NCBI GenBank assembly: GCA_044892525.1
Contig: CM097885.1
Location: forward strand, 142,724,001 to 142,788,000
DNA length: 64,000 nt
Direction: 5' to 3'
Origin: Schmidtea polychroa
Lineage: Eukaryota
Shown here: one piece after another, positions 37,932 to 51,525 of the stretch
Layout: the number at the start of each line of letters is the position of its first letter
Position numbering within the stretch: position 1 is the stretch's first letter
Position numbers and translations under genes: made by a program
The notes under the pieces: model-generated
What the model saw: the letters and a program-made list of their open reading frames with translations, nothing else
The model's database searches: none
What the model was told of the DNA's origin: nothing

Positions 37932-38281
37932 CAGTGCTTTTTTTCTGGAAAAAAGGTGCCGGAACATATCTGTAGTAAATTTATTTTATAATTCAATTTT
38001 TTGAAATTTTAAATATATTGATTATTTTACAAAGTGAATTTACAACGCCGACGACAGGAAACGATTTTAATGACGTAGTATATTAATGGCGTATATTTAC
38101 CGTGAGCGTGTTTTATATAATAGTAATAACACATAGGAAGCACGGAGTTATGATTCACTCGCTTTGGCGTACGACTCCTACTTTTAATTTGATTGTAATT
38201 GACTATTTGAAATGTCAGAAATAGAAATATGACAAAAAACCAAAATCCGTTCCGGAGCGTTCCGTCAGAAAAAAAGCACTG
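37932..38281. mobile_element. hAT MITE
   Basis: 16-bp TIR CAGTGCTTTTTTTCTG; TSD CTTCAGAC/CTTGAGAC. Confidence 0.9.
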
Positions 38282-38482
38282 CTTGAGACTCAGTAGTAGC
38301 GAATGTGAATATTTGATTTAAATTATTTTAATAAATTTTAAAACTGCTACACTATGTTAATTTTGAAAAACATTTTAAATAAATTTAACAGTTATTTGAA
38401 TATTTGTCTAATATTAATTAAATTCAGGCAAATATATAGTTTCAAACGAACGTATTATGGGAAATTATTTATTAATAAAATA

Positions 38483-38784
38483 CACCAATCCCTCGAATTA
38501 CGCGGTTTCACTTTTACGCGGTCATAAAAAATAATATTTTTTTAATGAAATCAAACATATTTGGTGGCAAGTGTCTCTTAAATGCATATATGGAATATAT
38601 TAGAATATAGTAGTGAGGAGGCTGAATAATTAAATTACAATTATTCCTTATAAAATAACTTTTAACTATGAACATGTTATAAATTTTGCAATTTAAAATT
38701 TAAATGTCGATTTTTTAAATCTATTTCTAAATAAAATTGTATTTTTTATGCCTCGTTTTACGCGAGTTTCTGGAACCTATCCCC
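38483..38784. mobile_element. Truncated Tigger-like MITE
   Basis: TA|CACCAATCCCTCGAATTACGCGG start; TTTTACGCG..GGAACCTATCCCC subterminal motif; right TIR lost. Confidence 0.6.
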
Positions 38785-39957
38785 TTACTTTATATGAACT
38801 CGAAGTCTCCAAAATCAAATACAGCTCTAACGTCAATAATATGAAAAAGTTGTCCTAAACAAGATGAATAAAAATTATTCAATGTGATAGAAAGCTGTTG
38901 CAATAATTTTTGGAGAAATTATTCGAATGTCATCAAATCACTATTCCTTCCAGCATTGATTCCGTTATCTTATTTGTCTTCAATTCAACTTATAGGTAGT
39001 AAAAAAGAAAAAAATCAAGTATACTTAATTATTTCAAAGTTTATCTTTTGCATCACAATCTTTTGCTTACGACAAAAATTGTTCAAGTGTAAAAGAGAAG
39101 GTTTACGATCGAACATGCAAATTGAGCACGTCCTCTCTTTTATTTCCTTCAATTTATCAATTTAAATAATATTATTCATAAATTTATTCTAATGATTATA
39201 ATAAATAGTTGTCTTTATACAAAATTACCATAATTTTTTTTTAAATAGAATTTCTGTGGGTAACGCTATTTTTATTTTTATTTAACTCCTAAAAAAGAAA
39301 TGTTAATGAATGGAAAATAACGTAAATTAGCATTTCCCTTAAATTTAGAATAAAACGTCTAATGAAAGAAAAGAAAAAAATTAGGATTTATTTTATTTCT
39401 GTAATTTATGAAGAGTTACGGAGCTAGTATATAAATAAGATAAACAATACTTATACTTACAATTCACTGTTTTATTAGTATTATTATAACAACAATGAAA
39501 GTCATGTTTTCTTTTGTCTCAATAATACGCATATTCAATAAAGTTCAATAATAAATGTGTGATAATATGCAAATGTATGTATTTTCGTATTAAAACAAAA
39601 TCAGTCAGCAACGTGGAGCGTTATGCACTCGCACCATCTCGGGTCGGCTTTGGACATTGACATCATTTTTCTTGAGTATAACTTGAATTTTACTATATAT
39701 GGTATATATTATCAATCTGGAAGAAAATGTGACTTTTATTCTCAAATAAATTCAATATCATATTTCTGACGAAAAATAGTTCTGCTAAAATTCAATAAAA
39801 TCAAGGAGAAATTCACTATGTTAAAGATCCAAGCGCTTTACAAAAGTACATATGCAAGAATATTAGCAAAACAATGAATTTTAAGATGATTTTATACGAA
39901 AGCATTTTCAAATGTTGATTTTATTTTCATTGAAAATTTAGAAAATATGAAATTTAC

Positions 39958-40148
39958 TTTTTCTCTGGCTTTTTCCAAGTGAAATTTGCAACTTCGGTTA
40001 AATTTGACCTGGTTAAAGCAGATTTTGTAGGACTGTTTACACCAATATAATTAACAATTGGAACTTTTGCATTATGAGATAATTGTGGAAAATTGTCTGA
40101 TGTTTTGGGTTGAATTCCATTGGTTTCCGAATTTTTTGAGGAATTGTC
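39958..40148 (-). CDS. Internal exon of an unidentified protein
   Basis: AG/GT bounded, 191 nt open: DNSSKNSETNG...FTWKKPEK; joins in frame to 37843. Confidence 0.55.
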
Positions 40149-40280
40149 CTAGAATCGATATCATTATAAATTCTTAAATAAAGAACACTGTAGATATTTA
40201 ATCAAAAATCACAAATGATACTTAATTTTACATGTGTAAATAATATAAACAGAGTAAGGAAATATTATCATTATTTAATA

Positions 40281-40420
40281 CCGTATATACTCGCGTATAA
40301 GTCGAGTAAATTTTAAGAGGTTTTTAAGTGCTAAATTGGAAACCGGCGTATAAGTCGAAGTGGCTATTTTGACTTGAAAATTTGACGTAAATTTCTCGAC
40401 TTATAGGCGAGTATATACGG
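40281..40420. mobile_element. Tc2/pogo-type MITE (same TIR family as 23511-23735)
   Basis: TIR CCGTATATACTCG..TATAAGTCGAG; TA duplication. Confidence 0.92.
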
Positions 40421-41372
40421 TAATTCTTGTTTAAATATAATAAAAAATATTAAAATTTAAATTTGTAAGTGATTCAAAATTACTTCACAATTAGCAGATT
40501 TCCCTCCGGGACGTGAGGCTTTATTTGCTTACCACAAGTTTGTTAAGAAAGAGAATAAAAAACATAACAGGCCACACTTGTGAGATTTTTCAATAACCAA
40601 CTTAAAATATTTTTTAAATAAAATTATTTTTATGTTTGAGGCATCATTTGTACTTGAAATTTATTTATATTTATTTTATTTTCAAACCTTTGCACTATAT
40701 ATGTATTTCTAAATCATACATATATCAAATGAATCTTATAAGGTTTATTTATTTTTCATCGACCACATATTTTTTACAAAGGATTCGTATTTCGCAGAGC
40801 GTTATTAAAATTTCACGATAAACGAGATATTAGTGAAGTCTAGTCTTTAATTTACACTATTTTCATCTGATAAATGCTCACCAAAATTAATCTAGGTCTA
40901 ATATACAGATGTTATCTGTATAAATCGGAAGTACCATGATTGGTCTTCATTAAATTAATGTTTTTTTACGTCTAACAAGTTTATCGTCTCTGAGACGAAT
41001 TTGTAATGTACGTTGTGTCCTTTGTTCTAGCATTTAGATGTCTACTATGTTTGGCAGATCAAATTACATTACAAGATATCCCTTATTTGCTTTCTTTGTC
41101 TTCTTTGTTTGACAAATAATATCTTTCCTCAAATTCCGAAATTACTTACCTTTTATTAGGACATTTTGATTTCCTTCATGGTTACTATTACATTTGTCAT
41201 GCTGAGGTGTGGATTTAAACATATATTGGTAAACTAATTTGATAATTTTCCATATCAAAATGGATACGACATTAATAATCAAAAAAATTATTAATGAAAT
41301 AAAATCTCACAATACTAATGCGGATTTTGTTAAAATTTCAATTTGTCAATAATTAATTTTGAAATTGATTAA

Positions 41373-41606
41373 CCCTTAATTGCATGATTTTTTTTATTTA
41401 TTTTGAATAAAATAAAATAACGTTCCTTTGACTGAATATATTATTATAAAAATAATTTAATCTAGCTGTCATTTTATGAACTAAATCCGTTAAACAGCTT
41501 TGTAGCTCACAGCAACACTATGAAATGGTTAGTTCTTATTTATTTTAGGCGATCTAAACGTGAAATTCTGGTATGTTGCAAATTTGCTACACAATGCAAT
41601 TAAGGG
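41373..41606. mobile_element. piggyBac-type MITE
   Basis: 13-bp TIR CCCTTAATTGCAT; TTAA target on both sides. Confidence 0.9.
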
Positions 41607-44558
41607 TTAATATAAACATTGCGTTAGTAAATTGTCTTAATAATCATTAATTTTTTATATAATATATAAGCAACAGTGTAATTTTTTTCGAAGATTTTTG
41701 AAACGAAAGTTCAAAATTATAGTTGGAATTTTGTGGTAGTTATATTTATCCCTGTTATCCAATATAATAAAATTTATAAATCAAACATTAAAAACAAGAA
41801 ATTAATAACACACGGAAATTTGTTCAGATTTTTAAACATTTATAAATGTTATAGGGATTTAAAATTTATTCAAATCAAAGGATTTTTTTTAATAGAACTA
41901 GTATCATTGACAAATAACTATTATTATTGCCCATTGAGCTTCTAATTTGAAATCTCTAACAATAGATACTATTAAATGTAAAATAATACCAGAATTATTA
42001 CAATCTATCAATTATCGTTTTCATTTATAGCCTATACGAACAATTGAATGCTCGCAACTGCAATTATTAGAACAATAAAATTGTTTGTCAAACATTATAA
42101 TTAGCAAAGCATTATACTGACGGAAAATATAGGTTAATGATAAACAGTTAAAAAAAAGTCATAAAATGATAAATGTAAAACATTTCAGGTATTATATGAC
42201 CTAATTTACAAAGAGTTCAAAAAGTGAGAGAAAGACATTTAAATATAATGTCACTTGAAATCACTTAAAAAAATACGAGCAGTTATAAAAAGGCATTATA
42301 AAATACGTTTCCAGAATTGAAGTAGAGATCTATTACATTGATTTAAATTCCAGATAAGTCAACGGAGATATAGCGTAATTTTTAAGTAAATAATTACTAA
42401 TAAGTTATAAAATATATTCGCAAGAGCTACCTGCGTAGTTTCAGAGTTCAAAAACCTTAGAAATTTTGAATATTTTTCATAAACCTCACGGCACCCAGGT
42501 TGGGAAACACGGCTCTAAACGGTAGTTTGTGTGTTTCGAATTTGTCCAATAATTAAAAAATATATCTTGCTTGCGTGATAGAAATAGTTCAAATTTTTGC
42601 TTTTTGGAATTTTGGTGAATAAGAAATATATTTGATTTTTAATTGCATTGGTTGTTTTTTAAAAAAATAGGATTTCAAATTAGAATATTGTTTTTATTGT
42701 TATTATGTTCAATAAATGTATTATTTTTATTGGATGATGGTATTCCAGACGTTAAAGGGTTTGCATTTAAAAAACTTTATGAAAACTCATCTTTTGACCT
42801 AAAGTATCTGAAGAAATAACTAAATTGGAAACATGAAGTAACTGTTACATGTAACAATGAATTTTAATGAATTTTAAATTAATCTCTATTTTAAGGAACT
42901 AATCGATGTTATTACGCAAATCGAGCACGTCTAAATTATTAATATAAAGAGTATATTTTTAATAAAGGAGAAAAGTTACATGCAAACATCCAGTTAGTTT
43001 GAAAAGCTTTGAATATAAACAACATAAACAAGAATATGGTATAGGGCTTGAAAATCATAGATTAGACCAGTTTTTAACATGTAAAATTTAACATATTTCA
43101 TTATTAATATGGCAACCAAAATTTATTTAGTGTATATTTAATATGCTTATAAGAGTATTCACAGGGTTTTGTGATATATACCTCCAAAAATTTAGATTTG
43201 GAAAAAGCGATCAAAATTATATCCCTAATCAATCGAAATTAACTTGAAAGACAAATAATAAAAAAAAGTATCATTGTTTAATAAAGCAAACGTGGGTCTT
43301 TGATCCTATGCTTCTGTCATATTGCGAATTCTTGTGTACAATCTTTCAATTGCTTCTCAATCTGTTATATGTGTCATATCTTCATCTTTTGCTAATAACA
43401 ATTTAATCTAATGTTATTCATTTTGATATTATTAGTATGGAATCTATACTATAGATGTTGATTTGTTATAGCAAATGCTAGTTATTTGCAACAGACAAGT
43501 GATTACTGAAATACAAACTTATACTAAAAAATATATTCTGTTAGCAACTATGAAAATTTTAACAAAGTGAATGATACGATGAACCTTTGCTGCAAAATAT
43601 TCATAATTTTTATCTTTATTATTTTTAAACATTTTTAAATAAATAAACATATAAATTCAAAATGTTATTTGGACAAAATTGTTTTATAATTATAATTACT
43701 ATAGATACATTGTCAAATGTGACATTTTAAAAAACATGTCATTTGGTAGAAATATGTATCAATAAAATATCGATAAGTTTAGTGATACGTGAAAAAATTT
43801 AATACATATTTTGCAGCAAAGGTTTATATTATTATTTACTTGTTTAACATTTAGTCACCATCATTTTATAATTATGAAAATTGTACGATAAATTAAATAT
43901 AGTTATAGAGATAACAGCAAATAACTAATTTTTTCTTATTTATGATATTTACAAACAAAACGTGAAAATTAAAAATAGATTTCCTTTCGTAAATTAACAA
44001 AAGAAGCTCATAACTAATTAAAAAACTAATTAATAATTAGCAATATCATGATATTGATATCAATATTTGTTTACCGAATAACATTTACTTAATAAATCTA
44101 TTTCTGTACAAAATGAAAGATAGAATGTACTATATTGGCAAATAACGTTGGCAAAAGCAAAAAATTCCACTAAACCCATTATAAAGATTTAAAAATTAAT
44201 AAATAAAATAATTTTATTATATTAACAAAATTTTCTCTAAAATATTGAAATTTCAAAATATTTTTTTGACAAATAAAGAACAATGATAAGACAGCGATTT
44301 CCGTCAACATATTCATATAAATCTGATCAAAAAACCGTTGTTGTTACATAAATAAAATATTCAATTAATTTAGATGGCATCAAATGCAATCTAACTACAC
44401 TCACACATCCGCAAAATAATTATTGTCTATAAATATATCTTATACAGACCATAATATTTAACATTTATGGACCAATTAGAGCTAATTGAAATTCCAAAAT
44501 GGTTACAACTTTATTATGAAATATTTAAGAAATATTACACGGGTGCTTAACTTGTAAC

Positions 44559-44861
44559 CATTGGTGAGCTATAGGAGGCTCGCGAGGGCTCACGCGAGCC
44601 CTTTGTTAAATTATTCTATGATTTGCGAGTCCCTTGTTCTTCTTGGTAACTATTTTTTCAAAAAGAAAATATAATACCTTGAAATCATTTTCATTACATA
44701 CATTTGTAAAGCGACGATTTTTGTGTAAAATAAACCATATAATTAACATTATTTTGTTTTTTTTATGTCAGTAGCAGTAACACATTACTAGGGTACTAGT
44801 TCATACGATTCTCGAGGAAAAATGAGTGAGCCCCTTGTTAAAAATTCATAGCTCACCTCTA
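44559..44861. mobile_element. hAT MITE
   Basis: TIR core GGTGAGCTAT; perfect 8-bp TSD CTTGTAAC. Confidence 0.9.
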
Positions 44862-45625
44862 CTTGTAACCTGTTGAATATTTCCATTTTTTTTAAATAAA
44901 ATATTATTACGATTTTTGATGACAATTAATTGATAAATAGAATAATTGATAAACCTAGAACACAAGTGCAAGAAATGGCACGTAAACCTTTTTACAAATT
45001 CAATTTTTTCTAATAAATAACTCGGGTATGATATTTAGACTGTCCAGTTAATATTTAATTTTGTTTCCATTTGTTTGATAAGTCCACTACATATCCTCTA
45101 TAATCTCTAAAATGAAAATTCTTACAGCTTCTAAATCGGTCAATAGTTTTTAATATTTCCTTTTTATTAAGTACTGTCGATTGGAAAATTACGAATGTGA
45201 CTTACACAAATAGTAACATCCTCTGAAAATTTCTTAGCAACATGAAAATTCATTAAATTCCCAGAAGACGTCAAAGATATTTGAAATTATCATTAAGGGG
45301 AAGCAATGAAACTAATACATGCTTTCTGCAGTTAATTTTTGATTTCTAAAAGTATGATATTTTGAATTCGAAGCTTTATCAATCTGGGAAGATGATTTCA
45401 GCAAATTGTTCAATTCTTGGTTTGTAGTTGTTCATTAGAATCCTTTTCATTATATATTAAAGAAATTTAATTTAAAGCCAATCAAAGACAAGAGAAAAAT
45501 TTCCAAAAGAAAACATTCAGACAATAGTAAAACAACCAAAATTAGTAATTATAGAAAAGAATCTCGTTAGACAAAATTTTGAATAACCATCATTTTTCTA
45601 TAAAAGTCAAATTTTAATCTCACTA

Positions 45626-45698
<73 letters not shown>
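45626..45698. repeat. Compound (AC)n(TA)n microsatellite
   Basis: Direct reading. Confidence 0.97.
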
Positions 45699-45704
<6 letters not shown>

Positions 45705-45811
45705 TTTCACTACTGAATTCTTTTCAATTGACATTGTATTTATTAAAAAGTTTGACTATGAATCAGTTTATTTATCGATGTTTATTTTGATATTCACAAA
45801 TTTTCGTCACT

Positions 45812-45946
45812 NNNNNNNNNNNNNNNNNNNNNNNNNNNNNNNNNNNNNNNNNNNNNNNNNNNNNNNNNNNNNNNNNNNNNNNNNNNNNNNNNNNNNNNNN
45901 NNNNNNNNNNNNNNNNNNNNNNNNNNNNNNNNNNNNNNNNNNNNNN
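45812..45946. other. Assembly gap
   Basis: N run. Confidence 1.
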
Positions 45947-45973
45947 AAATAGTAAAAATTAAAAGCTATTAAC

Positions 45974-48134
45974 CTTTGAAATTTCATCATTGAAATTGTA
46001 GTGATAAAATTTCCCACTTTCTCCTGATTTTTGATTGATTTCAAACAAAATCTTTGATGCGGCTTTTGGTTCAGTCGATGGAATTTGATTCGAATTCAAG
46101 CTGGCCATTGAATTTAACTGGGTCTCCAAATTTGTCGTCAATGCAACTCGGTCATATTCACGAGTTGTGTGACAACGAACTCGATTATGAGTTGAGTCTT
46201 CATTCTTTATAACACAATCATTGGATTTAGATTCTAATTCTGAGATTGATTTTTGATTTCTACTGTTGATACTACTAATAAATATCATTTAAGGGAACGA
46301 CTACTGGGTCAAAATGTTTTTTATATATTTTTATTGATAAAACATTAATTTTATAGTAAATTGATTTAAAAAAGTGGTTAGTGGTGTACTGTCATATGAT
46401 TTATACATGCGTTATAAACTTGGTTATCACGTATATAGTGTTATAATGTAAATGCTTCAGTGTGTCACATTATTTGCGTAACTTATCGTTCCACGTGTGG
46501 TTATAAGATTTTGCAGCATTCCTCCTTGCGAAATTAATGTTTCACAATATGATATTTACTGATATTCAATGTAGTATGATATTCAGATTATAATTTAGAG
46601 CAGCACTCGAAAATGTCACTGACCCGCTACTTGTTTAAAAAAATTTCATTTAAGGTGAATTTTACCAACGACCAAAAAAGTTTCCCAACCACTAGTTCAT
46701 AGTAATAAAGAATTTATATTCTTAATCTTTAAATAATATTGCTTTTCATATATAAAAATTGTAACGTATTTCAATTCAATTAATTTTTATATGTAAAAAA
46801 TGAATTGGTCGTTGAAAACTTCAAAAATCATCTTATAGAACTTGATCGTGATTGCATTTTTTCACACTTTATGATCTATGTTTTTTTAATATTTACAACA
46901 ACCTTTCAACGATTCTTTTTCAAAAATGACACTTGAAAAAGGCAGTACTGAAAAGTTGTATTAAATAGAAAAAATATTGATCTATAATCTAAATCTAAAT
47001 AAGGATAAATAAAAATCTAAAGGAAGAAAACAGATCAAACAAAATGCCACATGATTTTATTGGTAGAATTCATTTTTCTCAGAAAAAAAACTAGGATTTA
47101 AAGAGATAATTTATTTAATTAAGTTTTCATAATAATAGTTTATTAAGATAGGATTGATATTGAAATTTTATTCAAAAAATCTGAAGAAAATTTGATAATG
47201 GAAAAGATAAAATATTAAAAAATTGTAATTAANNNNNNNNNNNNNNNNNNNNNNNNNNNNNNNNNNNNNNNNNNNNNNNNNNNNNNNNNNNNNNNNNNNN
47301 NNNNNNNNNNNNNNNNNNNNNNNNNNNNNNNNNNNNNNNNNNNNNNNNNNNNNNNNNNNNNNNNNNNNNNNNNNNNNNNNNNNNNNNNNNNNNNNNNNNN
47401 NATCGTTTGTGAAAATTATAAACTTTATTCAGTTATTTATTTTTAATTTTGGTAATTAATTATCTGTATTTGAAACAATAATATGATTTTTCAATTATGG
47501 AATGCTATTAACAGGTAACATTTTGAAATTTGATCAAAAAAGAAAACGTAAAGAAAACTGTTTAAAAGTTAAGATGAAGGTAAAATATTCGATAAAAATT
47601 TGACAGTTTCTCAAATAAATTTCAAAACATATTTAGAATATCAAATAACTGAAAACGGAATGGAAATTGGTACCTACTACACCTGAGACATCTTTTTTTG
47701 TTTTTGGTGTGTATTCTGTAAATTTCTTTGGAACTGTATAGGATATATTTACACTTTTCCTCCTTGATTAATTTCGGGGATATTCTGCTGTAAGCTACTA
47801 ATCAAAATATAATCACGATATCTTATTTTTTCTTATATGCTGCTTTCACATTTTATATAATCAAATTGTTTTTTTTAATTAATTAATGTAATTTTTAATG
47901 AAGTATAATTATTTTTCTTTTATTTTTAATTGTTTTTTTGTTTTTTCTATTTTCACAAATATTTGATATATATTTGTTTTATATCTAAATAAAATTAATA
48001 TTAAATAAAGTAAAATATATTCAAAAATCGGTATTTTAAATCAATCCATTTGCATCTTTTCTTTTGCGGCTTACATCTCTTTAATTGTGATATTAAAAAA
48101 TGGCTCTTTACATTAGAAAAGTCGCCGATCCCAG
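45974..48134 (-). CDS. Chain of phase-compatible exons (48134-48075, 47794-47674, 46274-45974): C-terminal tail of the ZDHHC1/11-like gene or an adjacent gene
   Basis: GT-AG boundaries with matching phases; low-complexity S/N-rich protein; no domain recognised. Confidence 0.5.
47233..47401. other. Assembly gap
   Basis: N run. Confidence 1.
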
Positions 48135-48709
48135 CTGTGTCTCAGAATATTTTATGTGTATTGAGATGGCCATAAAAATTCACAATATTTTATTTGCTAT
48201 TTAAAGAACATATTTTCAATTAAATATCCAAAATTATTCAAACTTCGCTTTTGACTTAAATCAATCAATGACAAAGTTTTTATAATAATTTTATTCTCAT
48301 TTGAAACTCCGATAACGGTCTGAAATCATTGACCAAATTTTTGCCATGCTACGCGAAATCTTCAAAACACGACTTTTATTTTTTCATAATTGATAAATTT
48401 CAATATTTCCTTCACTGTGACAAACAGCTGAATCGTAAGGATAAAAAATAAAAAAAATACTTCAATCAATTGTTTTCAAGACATTTAAATTTTGTTTTAA
48501 TTGTGAGTCTGTTTCCTAAATTGAGTTTACAGAAAAATCTAATGAAAATGTGACAGTAGTGAAATATCAGATAAAAGGAAGTCTGATATTAATAATAAAA
48601 TAATAATAATTTGTACAATAAAATATTAAAATTATCAACTGTTGTATAAATATTAAAATTTAATGCAGAAAAAAATTTTATACAAAAAATTAAATTGAAA
48701 GAATATTAC

Positions 48710-49192
48710 TTAATATTAGTTTCAGTTGGGCCGTCGCCTATTCGGTTGACGTCAAATGTTAACGGGGCAACAATATTCTGAAAAAAGGAGAAAAAGCAAT
48801 TTTAATCAAATTGATTAATAATGTTCATAAAATTTTACATATTATTCAAATGAAAAATACTACCTTAGGTTTCAATCTCAAATTTTGTTGACAAAGATTA
48901 TTACAAACGACATTATTTGCATTTTCTGAGGTAGACTGTGAAGAATCACGCGTTCGTTTCACGTACTCATACGTGGTTAATTTATTGATATCTGAGATAT
49001 TAATTAAAAAGAATTCTTTTTATTACTATTATTAATGAAAGAAAAACAATGGAAACCACTAACTGAGATATCTATGGAAACTGATTAATTGGCTAATAGG
49101 GACTAATGCCGAAATAGCTAAAACTAGAACGGAAAATACCAGGAAAAGATAAACGCCATCATTTGTTTGCTGATAAACTACTTTAAATAGAC
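48710..49192 (-). CDS. zdhhc1/11-like: 3' exons of a ZDHHC1/ZDHHC11-like palmitoyltransferase (TM4 + TTxE); DHHC core not found
   Basis: Exons 49192-49064, 48991-48864 and 48777-48710 splice to ...VYLFLVFSVLVLAISALVPISQLISFHRYLNINKLTTYEYVKRTR, matching the LLxFHIYL..KLTTYEY block. Confidence 0.75.
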
Positions 49193-51387
49193 CTGAAAGA
49201 AAAACAAAGCCAATAATTAATTTTATATGAAAGATAGATATGAAAGAAATATTTACATAACACGTACAAGGGTCATTATCAACAATTTTTTCCCCTATAA
49301 ATTTAACATTTATATTTTAGATAAAAACTCACACAAAATAAACTTGCATCCAAACTTACACCTAGTGACGCAAAAAATTATTTTGTATTTCGTTATTTGT
49401 GCTTATAAAGTTTAAAAAAAATAAATTGAAATCAGTATGATGATTATCATGTCAAGATTTATTATGATTATAAATGTGGGTTATCCACACAGCACAATTT
49501 TGATCTCCTGTACAAAGATTTTAAAAACAAAGTATTCAACCAGGAACAAGTAGAATAATTTTGACTTTTTGATCAAACAAAACATAAACATACATCTTCA
49601 TTCACAATACAGCTTAGGATGGATGGAATTATTAATAACTCTGTCTCCATTTCGTTTTAGTAAATTACTAACATTTATTTTCTCTGGTCTTACTCTTTAT
49701 TTATTTAACTATCATATTCCCAAATTCACAATGAATCATGACCGTGAGCAATAAGGGTTTATGTCGGGTTTTTTAAAGAGCTATTTAGGGGTTTTCTCTT
49801 TTCTCTTTCTTTACACAACAAAATAAAATAAAAGGTAAAAATTTATAAGAAGAATCATGCACTGATTTCTTTAAAATTACTCTATAAAAAATATTTTTGA
49901 GCCCGTTTAGAAAGGAAGTAATTTCAGAGAATCAGTTTGACTTTTATGTTCTTTAAAGGATTTTTATCATTTTATAAATATGGATATTAAAATAGTTTGT
50001 TTAAAAATAAGTGAAAAATTCTCCAAAAATTATTGAATCTCGAAGTTATATCTCAATATTTGGCACCCGCTGCATGTTTTCATCATAAGAACAGTTTTTG
50101 AAGTTCTTAGTTGTCGATCATTTTTTTACGGAAACATTTCCAAAATGCTTCTTTTGTTATTACTCCGGTTAATTATAAGTAAACCTATTTATTCTATACA
50201 ACGAAATTATATTTATTTTTGTACTTTGGCATCTCAAACTGATAAATAACGAACTATTCCAATGGCTAAAAATAATCAATTAGTCTTCTTAAACCTTTCG
50301 ATCCGGATGATAAATATAAGTACCGATAATGTTTAAACAGTCCTAAGAGCCAGATCGTAAGGATTAATACATCAATTTGTTAAATAAATTCAATTTGCAT
50401 TTTAATTGTAATTCAACAATAAAGCCAACTTATAAAATTAATTTTAGTTTAATATTTGATAATAAATTATTTCTAATTACAAATGAAATTTCTCTTAATT
50501 TTATTATTACTTTGAAATAAAGTATTATTTATTAAAGTTATGATATTTGATTGAACGTAAACATTTACTATTCATATCCTTAAAAAGTTTTTAACAACAG
50601 CAAACAGTTACGAATTCAGAATATTTGTAAAATCTCCTGGTTAAAAACAATTTTTATCGAATTATTTTTATGAATTAAGTCTATTTGTAATGAATAAAAT
50701 AAATTTTGGATAAAAATGTAATAAAAAATGAAAATATTATTTCTATTAGAACGACTTCATGCAAATAAATATTGATAATTAATAATATATTAAAAGTTTT
50801 TTTTGGTTGACATATTTTCTCTAGAGATCACTTTGAATTAGTATGCTTTAACAAATCTTTAAAAGTCTTACATCGGAAGAAGAAGGCTTACTGAGGCATA
50901 AAGAAACAAGGATAATAAGCATTTTTATGTATTATTTTAAATGAATGGTTAGTGAAACGTCGTTAGAGTTTGTTTACTCTTTAAATCTTGACTGTATTTT
51001 CTGTTTCTGGTTTATGTTATTTCCAAATTCGAAATCAAATTTTCAAATGATAAAGAAATATAACACATAACGTATAATTTTTGGCATAGAAAAACATGGA
51101 TTTTCGACGTAGTAAGGAAAAGTTTCATTCTCGTAACAGAGAAAAGATTTTGGGATTGGTAAAATTATTTCCAAAATTTGATCCTCTTTGAATGCGTTTG
51201 TAGAATTGATAATGCATAAATTCATGATCCTTACACTATAAAAAAGGTTTATTTGTTTATAAAGTAACCTAAAAATCAAAGGTCAAACCTAAAACTCTTA
51301 GGTTGAATATTTTATATATTGAATACTTTTTATTGTTACAAATTTTATATTCAGTTATTAGTTTATTCTTGTGTAAACATTTAAACA

Positions 51388-51525
51388 AATTTATTAAAAA
51401 GAGAGCTTGAAGACTATAAATCAGCGAAATTCACTTGAAAAAGGCAGTGCCGAAAATTCGTGAGTATCAAAAAAACATCGATATATTACTGATTTATTGT
51501 CTTCAAGCTCTCTTTTCAATAAATT
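51388..51525. repeat. Fold-back element: ~37-bp imperfect inverted repeat around a hammerhead-like core
   Basis: Arms AATTTATT..AAAGAGAGCTTGAAGAC.ATAAATCAG and its reverse complement; core CTTGAAAAAGGCAGTGCCGAAA. Confidence 0.7.

Noticed and set aside
49490-49570. Apparent 'STC-SWLNT' remnant suggesting a precise deletion of the DHHC motif
   Set aside because: The flanking residues do not fit CVGxxNY and the frame is not supported by splice sites, so it is probably chance.
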